From the NCBI GenBank assembly GCA_032250835.1, contig JAVVEA010000001.1, positions 1 to 64,000 on the forward strand: DNA of 64,000 nucleotides, read 5' to 3'. Numbering within the stretch: position 1 is the first letter of the stretch; every line of letters starts with the position of its first letter. This document shows, in pieces, positions 18,355 to 29,070 of the stretch. Source of the stretch: a bacterium (GTDB taxonomy: Bacteria; SAR324; XYD2-FULL-50-16). The notes under the pieces are model-generated. The model ran no database searches. It saw nothing but the letters and a program-made list of their open reading frames with translations, and was not told the DNA's origin. The translations under genes and the position numbers were made by a program.

Positions 18355-20727
18355 ATGGTCTTAAAAAAATTCTTCCGGAAAGTGATCAAAAATCCGGTGG
18401 TCTCGACGGTATTGGGCTTTGTGCTCTTTATCCTGTTCGCGGCGACTTTGATGTTTCTGATCGAGTCTAACGCAGCAAACCACGGGTTTGACAGCTTCTT
18501 TCACAGTCTTTGGTTCTCGATCGTCACCATCACCACGGTGGGCTACGGAGACATCTCTCCGGTGAGTCCCTTGGGCCAGTTGCTGGCGATCTTCATCATC
18601 TTTGTGGGGATTGGTTATTCTGGCGTTTTGACCGGTAGCATCACCAGCTGGCTGGTGGAGCGCAACCGGCGCAAACTGATGGGCTTGGTGCCTTTAAAAA
18701 ACGTGGAAGGCAAGTTCTTAGTCTGTGGCTGGAAGTCCGATATGCAGGCGCTGCTAAAAGACATCCTCAAGCTTTGGGGTGGTGATTCCTCTCAGTTGAT
18801 CCTGCTCAATAAAGTGGCCTCGGCCGAGGTCCAAAGCCTGCGCAAAGATCCCCAGCTAGAACATTTCCTTTATTACTCTGGCGACGACACCAACTTAGAA
18901 GACCTGACCAAGGCCGGGGCGACCCAAATCCACCGGGTCTTGATCTTAGCAGACCAACAGCCCGACAAGAGCACCGAAGAGATCGACTTCCAAAGCATCT
19001 TAACCAGCCTCGCCTTGCACCGCCTCAACCCCACCGCTTATCAGGTTGTTGAACTGTTGTTGCCTAAGTTTCGCCAATACCTAAGCCGCGCCAAGGTAGA
19101 GGAAGTGCTGCTGAACCGGGCTTCGGGTCGGACGTTGTTGTGCAATATTGCCTTGATGAGCGGGATGTACAATGTCTTTAAAGCGTTATTTTCTCTTGAC
19201 GAAGGGGCGCTAGAAGTCCGCGATTTGGGCCCCGAGGTTTGGGGTAGCCGCTACGGCGAACTGCGCTCTGGGGTGCAAGACGCGGTGGTCATTGGGCTTT
19301 TAGAAAACCAAGGGAACCTGAACCAGCGCAAGGTTGACAAAATGAACGAGGTCCAACGGTCCGCTTCGATCAAAGACGCTATCGAAGGGCTCTTGGAGCT
19401 TAAGACCATGAAGAGCAACGAACCCCTATTCAACCCGCCGCCTGATTATGTAATCCGTGAAAATTCTGGGTTGATTTTGCTCAAGCGCCCGCCTGGCGAA
19501 TTAAACCTCCTGAACAGTCAAGGTCCCGGAGCCCAAGGGGACATAGACCACAGCCGCTTGATTGCTGCGACCCTGCATGAGTTGCTGGCCCAAACGGATA
19601 CTTGGGAAGACTATTTTAACCAGCTAGAACAGCAGGGCATGACCCTCTACCTCCAAGAAGGATTCGCTCGTGGCGTAAGCCATTTGGAACGCAATTATCG
19701 CTTTGAGAAATTAGACCTAAGCGCTCAATTTGCAGAATTATTGATCTTTTGGCATGACCGCGCCCGGGGTGAATGCCACTTGGGTTTAGAACCGCTGATT
19801 AGCGGTTGGAAAACGCCGCGTGAATTTGTTTCCCGCCATCCCCTAGAAATGCCTCGCTACCGGCCCGAGGGAACCCGAACTGGTCAGTTGATGGTATTGG
19901 GTTGGAAGAATGAAGTGATCGAGATGCTGCATTATCTGGTAGCCCATCAGTTTGAAGACTATGTGCGCTGGGAAGGGATTACGTTGGTAGCCGAGGTGGG
20001 TGAGGCCGAACGGGCCCAATTTGAGGAACACTTTGGGTCCCGCGAAGGGGTGCGCTTGGTGGTGGGCGACGTGGCCAACCGGGAGGTGTTGATTCAGGCC
20101 GGTATAGCCCAGACCAAAAAAATGATGGTTTTAGCTGAGACCGGTCGGGGCAAAAGCTTTGAAGAGATCGATGCCCAAACGGTCTTGGCCTGTATGCTCG
20201 CCGGGGACCTGAACCGTAAAACCTACATTGCCGCCGAATTGCTCAACCGCAAGTATCAAGAAACCCTTGAGGGGGCGAATGTTGAAGAGGTCTTTTTGTT
20301 TGATCAGTTCAGCAACATCATGCTGGCCAACGGTAGCCACGGCAAAGGCGTAAGCAACGTGATCCGCGACATGGTGGACCTAGGCAGCAAGGTCTTAGAA
20401 ATCCACCTGATCGATCCGCGTTTTATTGAAAGTTCCTTTTCCGAGTTAGTGCGCCACTACCAGCGCCCTGGAACTATGGTGGTCGGCTTGCTGGAAGAAG
20501 CAGGCAACCTCTATGCCCGCAAGTCCGAGCGGATCCACCAAGCCCAACGACAGCCGAAGATCCAAGCAAGCGTCGAAGAATTGATGCTGGTCAAACAAAT
20601 TAGCGCCAATAAGGTACTGCTCTCGCCGCCGATGGCACACCGCATCAAACCCCACAGCCGGATGATCTTGATCCAATCTTCTAAATTGGAGCTCTGGAAC
20701 CGGCAGGCGGACCAGGAGAGCGCTTGA
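18355..20727 (+). CDS. 2-TM potassium channel with tandem RCK (TrkA-N-like) domains
   Basis: TITTVGYGD selectivity filter; two homologous RCK halves (VCGW/VLGW, EEID, GLLE-x-x-GNL). Confidence 0.9.
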   Translation: MVLKKFFRKVIKNPVVSTVLGFVLFILFAATLMFLIESNAANHGFDSFFHSLWFSIVTITTVGYGDISPVSPLGQLLAIFIIFVGIGYSGVLTGSITSWLVERNRRKLMGLVPLKNVEGKFLVCGWKSDMQALLKDILKLWGGDSSQLILLNKVASAEVQSLRKDPQLEHFLYYSGDDTNLEDLTKAGATQIHRVLILADQQPDKSTEEIDFQSILTSLALHRLNPTAYQVVELLLPKFRQYLSRAKVEEVLLNRASGRTLLCNIALMSGMYNVFKALFSLDEGALEVRDLGPEVWGSRYGELRSGVQDAVVIGLLENQGNLNQRKVDKMNEVQRSASIKDAIEGLLELKTMKSNEPLFNPPPDYVIRENSGLILLKRPPGELNLLNSQGPGAQGDIDHSRLIAATLHELLAQTDTWEDYFNQLEQQGMTLYLQEGFARGVSHLERNYRFEKLDLSAQFAELLIFWHDRARGECHLGLEPLISGWKTPREFVSRHPLEMPRYRPEGTRTGQLMVLGWKNEVIEMLHYLVAHQFEDYVRWEGITLVAEVGEAERAQFEEHFGSREGVRLVVGDVANREVLIQAGIAQTKKMMVLAETGRGKSFEEIDAQTVLACMLAGDLNRKTYIAAELLNRKYQETLEGANVEEVFLFDQFSNIMLANGSHGKGVSNVIRDMVDLGSKVLEIHLIDPRFIESSFSELVRHYQRPGTMVVGLLEEAGNLYARKSERIHQAQRQPKIQASVEELMLVKQISANKVLLSPPMAHRIKPHSRMILIQSSKLELWNRQADQESA

Positions 20728-21485
20728 AGTCTATTAAAGATCGGGCCCTAGTCTTGCGGCTGGTGGCCTACCGTGAATCTGACCTGATCGTGCATTTTTT
20801 GGGTGAGTCTAGCGGCAAGTTCGGGGCCCTAGTCTTTGGGGCCAAAAAGTCCCAAGACGGCTTTAGCTACCAACCCGGTGACTTACTCGAGCTAGACTAC
20901 CGGACCCAAGAGGGTCGCGATTTGGTCCGCGTCGAGCAGGCCAGCCCTCTTTTGCTGATCCATCCTGACCGGTTCAGCTACCCCCGGTTTTTGATCCACA
21001 GCTATCTCTTAGAGCTTTCGGAAAAAGCTAGCGCAGAGGATCAGGCGGCCCCGGAGTTGTTTGCCCTGTTGTCTCAGATGTCGGCTTGGAGATGGCCGCC
21101 GGCCAAGGAAGTCCACTTTTTGCTTTGGGCCATAGAGCAGATGGCTTTAGGGCTAGGCTTTGGGGCCGATTGGGGGGCTTGTGGCTTATGTGGGCGCGAG
21201 AGCTATCGAGTGGAGGCCGATGAATTGAAGCTACGTAAGATGCGTTATCAGTTGCAAGCGAGCGGATTGGTTTGCGCCCAATGTAGCGGTCAAGAAGGAG
21301 CCTTCGGGGCCGCTGGGGTCAAAGCGCTTATATTGGCCCAACAGGACGATTTCCTCGATCTTTTGCCCAACATACCGTCTGAACTGCTCAACCGCCTTTG
21401 TTTGGCCTTGAACCGCCGTTTGCTGGACGCCCTGGAGCTACGCCCCAAGAGCTTGGTCCTCTTGGAGCGTCTCTTGCTCGTTTAG
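20724..21485 (+). CDS. recO: DNA repair protein RecO
   Basis: VLR..YRESDLIVHFL...GKF...GAKKS OB-fold, CGLC...CAQC zinc finger and C-terminal PKSL. Confidence 0.85.
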   Translation: MKSIKDRALVLRLVAYRESDLIVHFLGESSGKFGALVFGAKKSQDGFSYQPGDLLELDYRTQEGRDLVRVEQASPLLLIHPDRFSYPRFLIHSYLLELSEKASAEDQAAPELFALLSQMSAWRWPPAKEVHFLLWAIEQMALGLGFGADWGACGLCGRESYRVEADELKLRKMRYQLQASGLVCAQCSGQEGAFGAAGVKALILAQQDDFLDLLPNIPSELLNRLCLALNRRLLDALELRPKSLVLLERLLLV

Positions 21486-23222
21486 TTTATTCAGTAGCTG
21501 CTCATAATAGCCTTTCTGTGCCAAGAGCTCGTTATGGGTGCCCCGCTCGACGATCTCGCCTTGTTTCATCACCAAGATCATATCCGAAAACTCGATGGTC
21601 GAGAGCCGGTGGGCGATGGCGATCACCGTTTTTTCCTTAAAGAGCCGCTCGGTGGCCTTTTGGATGCGGTCTTCGGTGATCGAATCCACCGAACTGGTGG
21701 CTTCGTCGAGCAAGACCAATTCGCTCTGCTTGGCCATGGCGCGGGCGAAGGATACCAATTGGGCTTGCCCGGCCGAAAGGTTTTTGCCGTTGTCTAAGAT
21801 TTGGTAATCATAGCCTCCGGGCAATTCAGTTATGAAGGGGTGGGCGTGGACCGCCTGGGCGGCCGCTTCGACCGCTTCGGGCGGTATTTCTTGACCCAGA
21901 GCGATGTTAAAGGCCAGCGATTCGTTGAAGAGGTAGACGTCTTGCTGCATCAAGCTGGTCATTTGCAGCAGCGCCTTACGCGGGATGCTGCTAAGTTCCA
22001 CGCCGTTGAGGCGGATCGAACCTTCATAGCCAGCGTATGCCTTGAAGATCAGCCGCAGGATCGTTGATTTGCCCGAACCGGTAGCCCCGACTAGGGCCAA
22101 CCGTTGGCCATGGTGGAGCGCAAAGGAAATATTGCGCAGCACATATTCACTGGAAGGGGCGTAGCGGAAACTGACCTCTTCGAAGACCAAGCTTTCAAAC
22201 TGCCTTAGCTTCGTAACCAGCTGAGCGCTGGCTTCCTCTTCTTCTTCGGGGGTCTCTTCAAAGAGGTGCATTACGTGCTCCAAGGCGCTTAAGGCACGTT
22301 GGATCATGGCCAACTGTTGGGCAAATTCCCGGATGGGCACGAAGATCTTGCCCAGCGTGTTGATGAAGCCTACCAAGACGCCAATACTGACCAACCCGGC
22401 CAAAATCTGGCCTGAGCCATACCAAATCAGCCCCGCCATGGCGATCGAAGTGAGTCCTTCGATCAGCGAGTAGAGCATGGCGTCGTAAATGTTGCTGCGG
22501 TTTTGGGCCTTTAAAAAGCGGAAGTTTTTGTTATCAAAGCTTTCTAAGACCCGCTTTTCGGCAGCAAAGAGCTGAACGGTCTTGATCCCTGAGAGACATT
22601 CGGCTAGGTAGGCAGTGGCCTCGGCTAAAGACTCGCGGCTTTCGTTGTAACACTGGCGCAGTTTCTTGCGTAAAAAATTGGTCACCCAGTAGACCGGCAG
22701 CAAGAGGCCTAAGACCACGAGGCTGAGCTTCCAGGAGAGATAAAACAAGAAACCAAACAATACCGCCGTTTTGACGAGGTCGATGATCAGGTTCAATACC
22801 CCCGCCGCCAAAGACTCGCCGAGGGCTTCCATGTCGCTGGTCATGCGGCTCAAGACCTTCCCGACGGGATTTTTGTCGTAAAAACTTCGGGGTAGGCGCA
22901 GGCAATGGCTGAACAAATCGGCCCGCAGGTCCGCGATGGCCTTGAGCCCTGAGCGTTGCAGGCCATAGGTATAGAGCCCATCGGCCAGATAGCCCGCAAA
23001 GACCGACAGCCCCATGAACAGGATCATCAGCTTCAACCCGGCCAAGTCCTGGGTTGATAGGTATTCGTCGATGATCACCACAATCAAATAGGGCATGGCC
23101 ACCGTGGCGGCTACCGAGATCGGTACAGCCGCCAAAGAGAGACTGACCCAGCCCTTGTAGGGTTTAAGATAGCGGAAAAAGAAGCTCAGGCGGCCTAAAT
23201 CCGACAATTTGACGCTAGCCAT
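21438..23222 (-). CDS. ABC exporter subunit (TMD+NBD; MdlB/YheH-like)
   Basis: GATGSGKST Walker A, LSAGQAQ signature, LLDEATS and IAHRLST; start placed at ATG 23222. Confidence 0.9.
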   Translation of the reverse strand: MASVKLSDLGRLSFFFRYLKPYKGWVSLSLAAVPISVAATVAMPYLIVVIIDEYLSTQDLAGLKLMILFMGLSVFAGYLADGLYTYGLQRSGLKAIADLRADLFSHCLRLPRSFYDKNPVGKVLSRMTSDMEALGESLAAGVLNLIIDLVKTAVLFGFLFYLSWKLSLVVLGLLLPVYWVTNFLRKKLRQCYNESRESLAEATAYLAECLSGIKTVQLFAAEKRVLESFDNKNFRFLKAQNRSNIYDAMLYSLIEGLTSIAMAGLIWYGSGQILAGLVSIGVLVGFINTLGKIFVPIREFAQQLAMIQRALSALEHVMHLFEETPEEEEEASAQLVTKLRQFESLVFEEVSFRYAPSSEYVLRNISFALHHGQRLALVGATGSGKSTILRLIFKAYAGYEGSIRLNGVELSSIPRKALLQMTSLMQQDVYLFNESLAFNIALGQEIPPEAVEAAAQAVHAHPFITELPGGYDYQILDNGKNLSAGQAQLVSFARAMAKQSELVLLDEATSSVDSITEDRIQKATERLFKEKTVIAIAHRLSTIEFSDMILVMKQGEIVERGTHNELLAQKGYYEQLLNKLNEQETLQEDQALGA

Positions 23223-24975
23223 GGTCGCCTTGGTTTTGGAGTTCCCAGGTCTCAAAGTAGATGCCCGGTTCGGCCAATAAGTCCTCGTGGCGTCCCCGTT
23301 GGACAATCTTCCCCTGATCGAGCACCAAAATCTCGTCGGCCTGTTCTAAAGCCCGCACCCGGTGCGAAACGATCAATAGGCTCCGGGCCGACTCGCGCTT
23401 GAGGATTTGGCCCAGTAAGAACCGTTCGGTTTCATAGTCCACCGCCGAAAGCACGTTGTCTAAGATCAACAAGCCGCAGGGTTGGGCCATGGCCCGCGCC
23501 AAGCTGATGCGTTGCTTCTGGCCGCCCGAAAGCATGATCCCTCGTTCGCCGACTAAGGTTTCTAAGCCCTGGGGGAAGCGGGCGACCTCGTCGGATAGGG
23601 CGGCTTTGTCGATCAGTGTTAACAACTCTTCGGAGGTGGGGGGTTCTTGGCCACCGAAGAGGATGTTGTTGCGGACCGTTTCAGAGAACAAGAAGACATC
23701 CTGACTGACTGTGCGGATTTGTTCGCGTAGATCTTTGGGGTTCATTTCGGTGATGTCGCGCCCCCCGACAAAGATGGTTCCCGGCGGCGGCTGTAGGTAA
23801 CCGTTTAGGCAGTTGACCAGCGTAGACTTACCGGAGCCAATTTTGCCTAAGATCCCTAGCGTTCGGTGGGGTAGGACTTCAAAGGAGATATGTTCTAAAA
23901 CCGGATGCTCCCCATCGTCGTATTGGTAAGCTAATCCTTCAACCTTCAAGCCCTTTTCAAATAGGCTTTTACCTTCTTGGGCCGCAAGGCGGGGCAGGTG
24001 TTTCTTGGGCGTTTCTTGGGACAGAATGGTTTGGATCGACTCGACCCCCACCATGCTTTGCTGGAACAGCGTCGAAAGCCAGCCAAGGCCCATGATTGGC
24101 GTGGTCAACAAAGCGGCATAGGCGATGAACTCAGTCAGTTCGCCGATGCTGAAGCTACCTTCAATCACGTATACACCGCCCACCATCAGGATCAGCACCT
24201 TTAAGATGTGTTCCAAGTTGTTTAAGATGGGCATCAAAAAACTGCGGATGAAGCTAATGGATAGGGATTCGTTGAGCATCCTTTGGTTGATCTGGCGGAA
24301 GCTTTTGTTGCTCCATCCTTCCAAAGAAAAGCCCTTGAGTACATCCACACCGCTTAAGGACGAAACAATAAAGCCCGAAATTTCTTGCAGTTGGGCCTGA
24401 AGCAAGCGGCTGTGGGTGACGATGAAGCGCATCCCGAAGCGCACCAAGCCAAAAACCAACAACACCGGAACGACGCAGTATAACGTTAACTCAGGGCTCA
24501 GTTTCCACATCATATAAGGCGTCAGGCTCAAGGCACTGATGATGTTAAAAAACTGCATGGCCCCAAAGCCGCAGAGTAGACGCAAGCCGGTGATGTCGTT
24601 TTGTAACCGAGAGACGATGTTGCCGATCTGGTTTTTGTCGTAATAGTCCTTTTCCAGGTGGGTCAGCTGGTCGAAAAGCTGATTTTTCACTTCATATTCG
24701 ATGGTCCGTCCGGGATTGAAGAACATGACGCGCGACAGGGTCCGCACGACCACCACACCCCCGGCAAAGGCCAGGATCATCATCAAGGCCACACCCAACT
24801 CCGAGCGGCGCGAGCCAATCGCTTCGCTGCCCAAGCTCAATAGGTCAACGGCCTGCTGGAGATAGCTGGGAATAGAAACGGCCATCCAGTTGGTGGCGAA
24901 GATGAAACTGACCCCCGCAAAATAAGAAAATTTGTGGCGGCCCAGTTGGATCAGTAAAAAGCGCAGTTGGTTCAT
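23215..24975 (-). CDS. ABC exporter subunit (TMD+NBD; MdlA/YheI-like, degenerate site)
   Basis: GKIGSGKST, LSGGQKQR, and ILDNVLS (non-canonical Walker B) typical of heterodimeric exporters; start placed at ATG 24975. Confidence 0.9.
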   Translation of the reverse strand: MNQLRFLLIQLGRHKFSYFAGVSFIFATNWMAVSIPSYLQQAVDLLSLGSEAIGSRRSELGVALMMILAFAGGVVVVRTLSRVMFFNPGRTIEYEVKNQLFDQLTHLEKDYYDKNQIGNIVSRLQNDITGLRLLCGFGAMQFFNIISALSLTPYMMWKLSPELTLYCVVPVLLVFGLVRFGMRFIVTHSRLLQAQLQEISGFIVSSLSGVDVLKGFSLEGWSNKSFRQINQRMLNESLSISFIRSFLMPILNNLEHILKVLILMVGGVYVIEGSFSIGELTEFIAYAALLTTPIMGLGWLSTLFQQSMVGVESIQTILSQETPKKHLPRLAAQEGKSLFEKGLKVEGLAYQYDDGEHPVLEHISFEVLPHRTLGILGKIGSGKSTLVNCLNGYLQPPPGTIFVGGRDITEMNPKDLREQIRTVSQDVFLFSETVRNNILFGGQEPPTSEELLTLIDKAALSDEVARFPQGLETLVGERGIMLSGGQKQRISLARAMAQPCGLLILDNVLSAVDYETERFLLGQILKRESARSLLIVSHRVRALEQADEILVLDQGKIVQRGRHEDLLAEPGIYFETWELQNQGDHG

Positions 24976-25163
24976 CAGAGCGGTAGTAGGTTGGTAATAA
25001 GGCAAAGTACCACCACCGCCTTTTGAACACAATGGCTAGCGGGCCCTGTAGAGTAGATTGCTTTACCGAAAACCCGTTGAATTAGGCTCCCTCATGATAT
25101 ATTAAAGAGGCAAGGGCAGTTCCGAAGATGGGGCAGACCCAATCAATTAAATGAATCTTTATT

Positions 25164-26402
25164 ATGAAATCCACCTGGCGGCTGTTGGCCGGTCTCTTTA
25201 TTTTACCCCTCTTAGGCTGCGACTCCGCCAAGATGGACCAAGCCTTTAAGGCGCATTTTAATGGTAAAGAGGGGTTGCAGGTGCTTTCACGGCCCGAACA
25301 GATGCCGCCAGACATTCTGGCCTCCTTGCCCGACGAGTTCCAGCTGGCCAATCAGGCCGGGGTTTTGACCCTGGTGCTGGATGGGGCCGGACTGATCGAC
25401 CGCCCACAGATCAAGATTTTCGATTTTGCGGTCTATGCCCACAACCGGAGCTTCATCCAAAAGATCGGTGAACTGAAGGAACAAGGACTGACCGGCGTTG
25501 CCCCCGAGGGGTATCCGCATGTCTATGCCCTGCATCCCGAAGGACCCATCTCCAATTGGTTCGGCCCCGGCTTGAGCCAGCGTTGGAGTCAAGATGCCCA
25601 AACCTATCGCTCTTTGTGGAGCGAGGCGACTTGGCTGTTGACCCAAGTACCCAAATGGAGCGCCAGCAACCGATCGGCCACTTTGGCCTACCTGGACCAG
25701 CGATTGGCTGGGGCCGGAGTCCGGCACCGCAAGGGTGCGGCACCGGACCCGCTGATGCCCTGGTACCAAGGCTTTGAAGTCATAGATGGAAAGCCAGTTC
25801 AGAAGAAGACGAAGGAAGCCCTGATCGCCGCTGTGGACATTTTGACCCACCCAGAAAAACATTTTGAACGCACCAGAGCCCGCGACATCCGCAAGCTGGC
25901 GATCCGCCAATTGCCGCTCAGAGAAGGTGCGTTTAGTCTTTACCAACAGGTTTTAGAATTTCCCGACGAGGCAATGGACCTGCCTGCGGGGATGGGCGTT
26001 GCCGTCCAACTGGATTTTGAGGGGCAGCCCTATGATGTGCGCGCCTTGCAGCCCACCTCGACGCAGCTTTCAACCTATAAGGTAGTGGTGGAGGCCCTGG
26101 CTAAAGCGGGGCTGGTGCGGGCCGAAAACTTTGATCAGGTAGCAGGACGCGGCCGGTTTGCGTTGAGCGCCTATGCACCCTCAGTTGACGGGGAACCTAA
26201 CTTGGCCTATTTGGCCGAGCCGGTGGTTGCTGAAGAGTTGCGGGCCTTGGTGGAGTTGAATGGGCTGTTAAAAGAGCAAATCAGTTCGCTGCAACAGAGC
26301 CTTGCCTTTTTAGGTAGTCAGGAGCGCCTAGCCATCACTGCCCGCTTCGGCCAAGACGCCGAATTGTTGGGCAAACTCAACCAACTAGAGGCAAGCCCAT
26401 GA
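25164..26402 (+). CDS. Hypothetical lipoprotein
   Basis: Lipobox LLGC; 412-aa ORF with ATGA overlap into nnr. Confidence 0.7.
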   Translation: MKSTWRLLAGLFILPLLGCDSAKMDQAFKAHFNGKEGLQVLSRPEQMPPDILASLPDEFQLANQAGVLTLVLDGAGLIDRPQIKIFDFAVYAHNRSFIQKIGELKEQGLTGVAPEGYPHVYALHPEGPISNWFGPGLSQRWSQDAQTYRSLWSEATWLLTQVPKWSASNRSATLAYLDQRLAGAGVRHRKGAAPDPLMPWYQGFEVIDGKPVQKKTKEALIAAVDILTHPEKHFERTRARDIRKLAIRQLPLREGAFSLYQQVLEFPDEAMDLPAGMGVAVQLDFEGQPYDVRALQPTSTQLSTYKVVVEALAKAGLVRAENFDQVAGRGRFALSAYAPSVDGEPNLAYLAEPVVAEELRALVELNGLLKEQISSLQQSLAFLGSQERLAITARFGQDAELLGKLNQLEASP

Positions 26403-27871
26403 AACTGGTGGATTCCGCCCAAATGGCGCGGCTCGACCGCCGCACGATAGACGAACTGGGTATCCCGGCGCTGATTCTGATGGAAAACGCCGCCCGCGCG
26501 GTGGCGGAGTCCTGCCGCGATTGGCTCCAGCCGGAGACCACGGCTTATGTTTTTTGCGGCCCTGGAAACAACGGCGGCGACGGCTACGCCCTGGGGCGCA
26601 TCTTGGCCAACGCCGGAACCGAAGTGGTGGCCATCTCGGTGGGCCAGCCAAAAAGCGAGGAAGCCCAGCAGAACGCTGCTTGGTTGCGTCATTTTGCCCA
26701 GGTGATTCCTTTTGAGGATTTTCTGGTCACTTTATTGCGCCCCGCTCCACATGATCTGGTTTTTGACGCGCTTTTAGGCACCGGACAGGTAGACCCGCTA
26801 CGGGGGACCATTGCCGAGGCGGTGGACTGGATCAACCACACTGCCTGCCGCAAGGTGGCGCTAGACCTCCCTACGGGGATTCGTGCCGACAGCGGCGACG
26901 CGCTAGGGATGGCCTTACGGGCTGACCGAACCGTTACCTTTGGCTTAGAAAAGCTAGGCCATCACTTGGAGCCAGGGCGGAGCCATCGGGGGGAGTTGAT
27001 CTGCCGCCCGATCTCGATCCAAATCGAACCGGTCGAGGCCAGCGGGTTTTTGATTACCGCCGAAGCGGCCAAATCTTGGGCCTTACCGCGCCTACCGACC
27101 ACTTTTAAAAACCGAGAAGGGCACTTGGTGCTGGTCTGCGGGCGGCGGGGTATGCTGGGTGCGGCGGCTTTGGCCGCCCAAGGGGCTTTAAAGGCCGGAG
27201 CCGGGTTGGTGAGCTTGAGCCTTCCAGAAAGTGAATTGAGTGCCTTGGTGGCCGGTCTGCCCGAGGTGATGACCTACCCACGCGAGTCCACCGATGTAGA
27301 CTGGCTGAGCCATTTTTCAGCCCTAGGGCTGGGCTGTGGTTTGGGGCGTGACCCCGGCGATTGGGTGGCTTACCGCCGCTGGATCGAAGGGTTTGAAGGG
27401 CCGGTGGTTTTAGACGCCGACGCCTTTTATGGCCTGGGCAACCTAAAGGGGCTAAGGCCCGAACGGTTGGTTTTAACGCCCCATGCCGGAGAATTCGCCC
27501 AGTTGACCGGATTACCGAAGCCAACCAACAATTTAGAGCGGATCGAACAGGCCATTGCCTTCGCCAAAGAACAGGCGACGACGTTGCTGCTCAAAGGGGC
27601 ACCGAGCTTGGTGGTGTCACCGCTCGGGGAGCTTTGGGTCAATTCTACAGGGAATCCAGGCATGGCTACCGCCGGAAGTGGCGATGTGTTGACCGGAGTG
27701 ATCGGGGCGCTGTTGGGCCGGGGGATGGAGCCCTTTGATGCGGCTAGGCTGGGATGCTGGCTACATGGGGCCGCTGGCGACGACTATGCCGCCCAAAGCA
27801 GCGGTGAGTCGTTAACGGCCAGCGACCTCTGCCGCAGTTTGCCCCAGGCCTTTGCCCGATTGGGGCTTTAA
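26399..27871 (+). CDS. nnr: Bifunctional NAD(P)HX epimerase/dehydratase (YjeF/Nnr)
   Basis: LMENAA, CGPGNNGGDG, DALLGTG, TPHAGE and ATAGSGDVL motifs. Confidence 0.95.
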   Translation: MKLVDSAQMARLDRRTIDELGIPALILMENAARAVAESCRDWLQPETTAYVFCGPGNNGGDGYALGRILANAGTEVVAISVGQPKSEEAQQNAAWLRHFAQVIPFEDFLVTLLRPAPHDLVFDALLGTGQVDPLRGTIAEAVDWINHTACRKVALDLPTGIRADSGDALGMALRADRTVTFGLEKLGHHLEPGRSHRGELICRPISIQIEPVEASGFLITAEAAKSWALPRLPTTFKNREGHLVLVCGRRGMLGAAALAAQGALKAGAGLVSLSLPESELSALVAGLPEVMTYPRESTDVDWLSHFSALGLGCGLGRDPGDWVAYRRWIEGFEGPVVLDADAFYGLGNLKGLRPERLVLTPHAGEFAQLTGLPKPTNNLERIEQAIAFAKEQATTLLLKGAPSLVVSPLGELWVNSTGNPGMATAGSGDVLTGVIGALLGRGMEPFDAARLGCWLHGAAGDDYAAQSSGESLTASDLCRSLPQAFARLGL

Positions 27872-27934
27872 TCCCTAGGTGGGGGATCAAGCCAAAAGCA
27901 GGCGGGGCGATAAACCAGAACCGAAGGGGGCTGG

Positions 27935-28213
27935 TTAAACGGCCTCGGCCGAATCATCGTCGTTGCCGCCGCGGTGGCTGTGCTCTTTGGCGAAGCGTTT
28001 GATTTCTTCGGTCTTTTGGCGGATCAAGTCTTCTAGCTTATCCTTGTGGCTAAGCAACTCATCCAGCGAGACCCCCTGACCCAGTTTGGTTTTGGGTAGG
28101 CCTTTGAGCATGGCGATCAGTTCTTCCTGGTTCTTAGTGACCATGATCTGGGCAGCGTAACCGGCTGCCAGACCGGCGCTAAGACCAATAAAAAAGGTTT
28201 TAGCTCCCATCAC
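27935..28213 (-). CDS. Small membrane-anchored protein (YtxH-like N-terminus)
   Basis: FFIGLSAGLAAGYAA hydrophobic anchor followed by a charged helix. Confidence 0.6.
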   Translation of the reverse strand: MMGAKTFFIGLSAGLAAGYAAQIMVTKNQEELIAMLKGLPKTKLGQGVSLDELLSHKDKLEDLIRQKTEEIKRFAKEHSHRGGNDDDSAEAV

Positions 28214-28507
28214 TTGAGCATCTTCCCGTAAAGGAAGAATACGGCTAAGTAAGCGGCGCTAACACTAGCAAATACGGTCAGGATATAAGCTTCGTGAGAC
28301 ATGGAACACTCGCAATAAATAGGTTGTCGAGAATAGGTTTTAGAGCCATGTTACAAAAAGTTGACCACCTTTACAAGACTTGAAACAAAGGAACCTTTGA
28401 AAAAGGTGTCTTTTGGGGGCTTTTTTTGTTTTTCTAAATTGGGTAGGCTTCTTTTCGGGTTCTGGGTAAGCCCCAGAGACGAGCCAACCAACATACAGGA
28501 CGAGACT

Positions 28508-29062
28508 ATGGAATCTACCTTCGGCGATACGAAAAAAAAGATGGCAAAGGCCCTGGACCACATGATGATCGAGTTCGGCAAAGTCCGCACGGGCCGCGCT
28601 AACCCGAAGGTGTTAGACGGGGTCATGGTCGATTATTATGGTACGCCCACGCCGCTGTCTCAGGTGGGCAATATTTCGGTGCCCGACCCGCAGATGCTGG
28701 TCATCACCCCTTGGGAGAAGAGCTTACTGAGCGAAATCGCTAAATCCATCCTCAAGTCGGATTTAGGCATGACTCCCCAAAACGACGGCAACGTGATCCG
28801 TCTGCCGGTGCCCGCGCTCACCGAAGACCGGCGCAAGGAATTGGTCAAACAGGTCCGCAAAATCGCCGAAGAAGCCAAAGTGGGCATCCGGGGCGCACGC
28901 AAGGACGGCAACGACCAACTCAAGCGGATGGAAAAAGACAAAGAAATCGGCCAGGACGACCTCAAAACCGGCGAAGCCCGCATCCAAAAGCTAACCGATG
29001 AGACCGTCGCTAAGGCAGACGAGCTGTTGGCCAAGAAAGAAGAAGAGTTGATGGAGGTTTAA
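28508..29062 (+). CDS. frr: Ribosome recycling factor
   Basis: VRTGRANP, VDYYG.PTPL and PALTEDRRKELVK; true start ATG 28508 (the ORF-track extension is spurious). Confidence 0.97.
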   Translation: MESTFGDTKKKMAKALDHMMIEFGKVRTGRANPKVLDGVMVDYYGTPTPLSQVGNISVPDPQMLVITPWEKSLLSEIAKSILKSDLGMTPQNDGNVIRLPVPALTEDRRKELVKQVRKIAEEAKVGIRGARKDGNDQLKRMEKDKEIGQDDLKTGEARIQKLTDETVAKADELLAKKEEELMEV

Positions 29063-29070
29063 GCTACCCA

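Noticed and set aside
21438-21485. 48-nt convergent overlap of recO and the ABC exporter
   Set aside because: Short 3' overlaps of convergent genes are common; no sign of function.
28361-28507. 49-aa N-terminal extension of Frr in the ORF track
   Set aside because: Homology starts at ATG 28508, which has an upstream AGGA; the extension is intergenic sequence.
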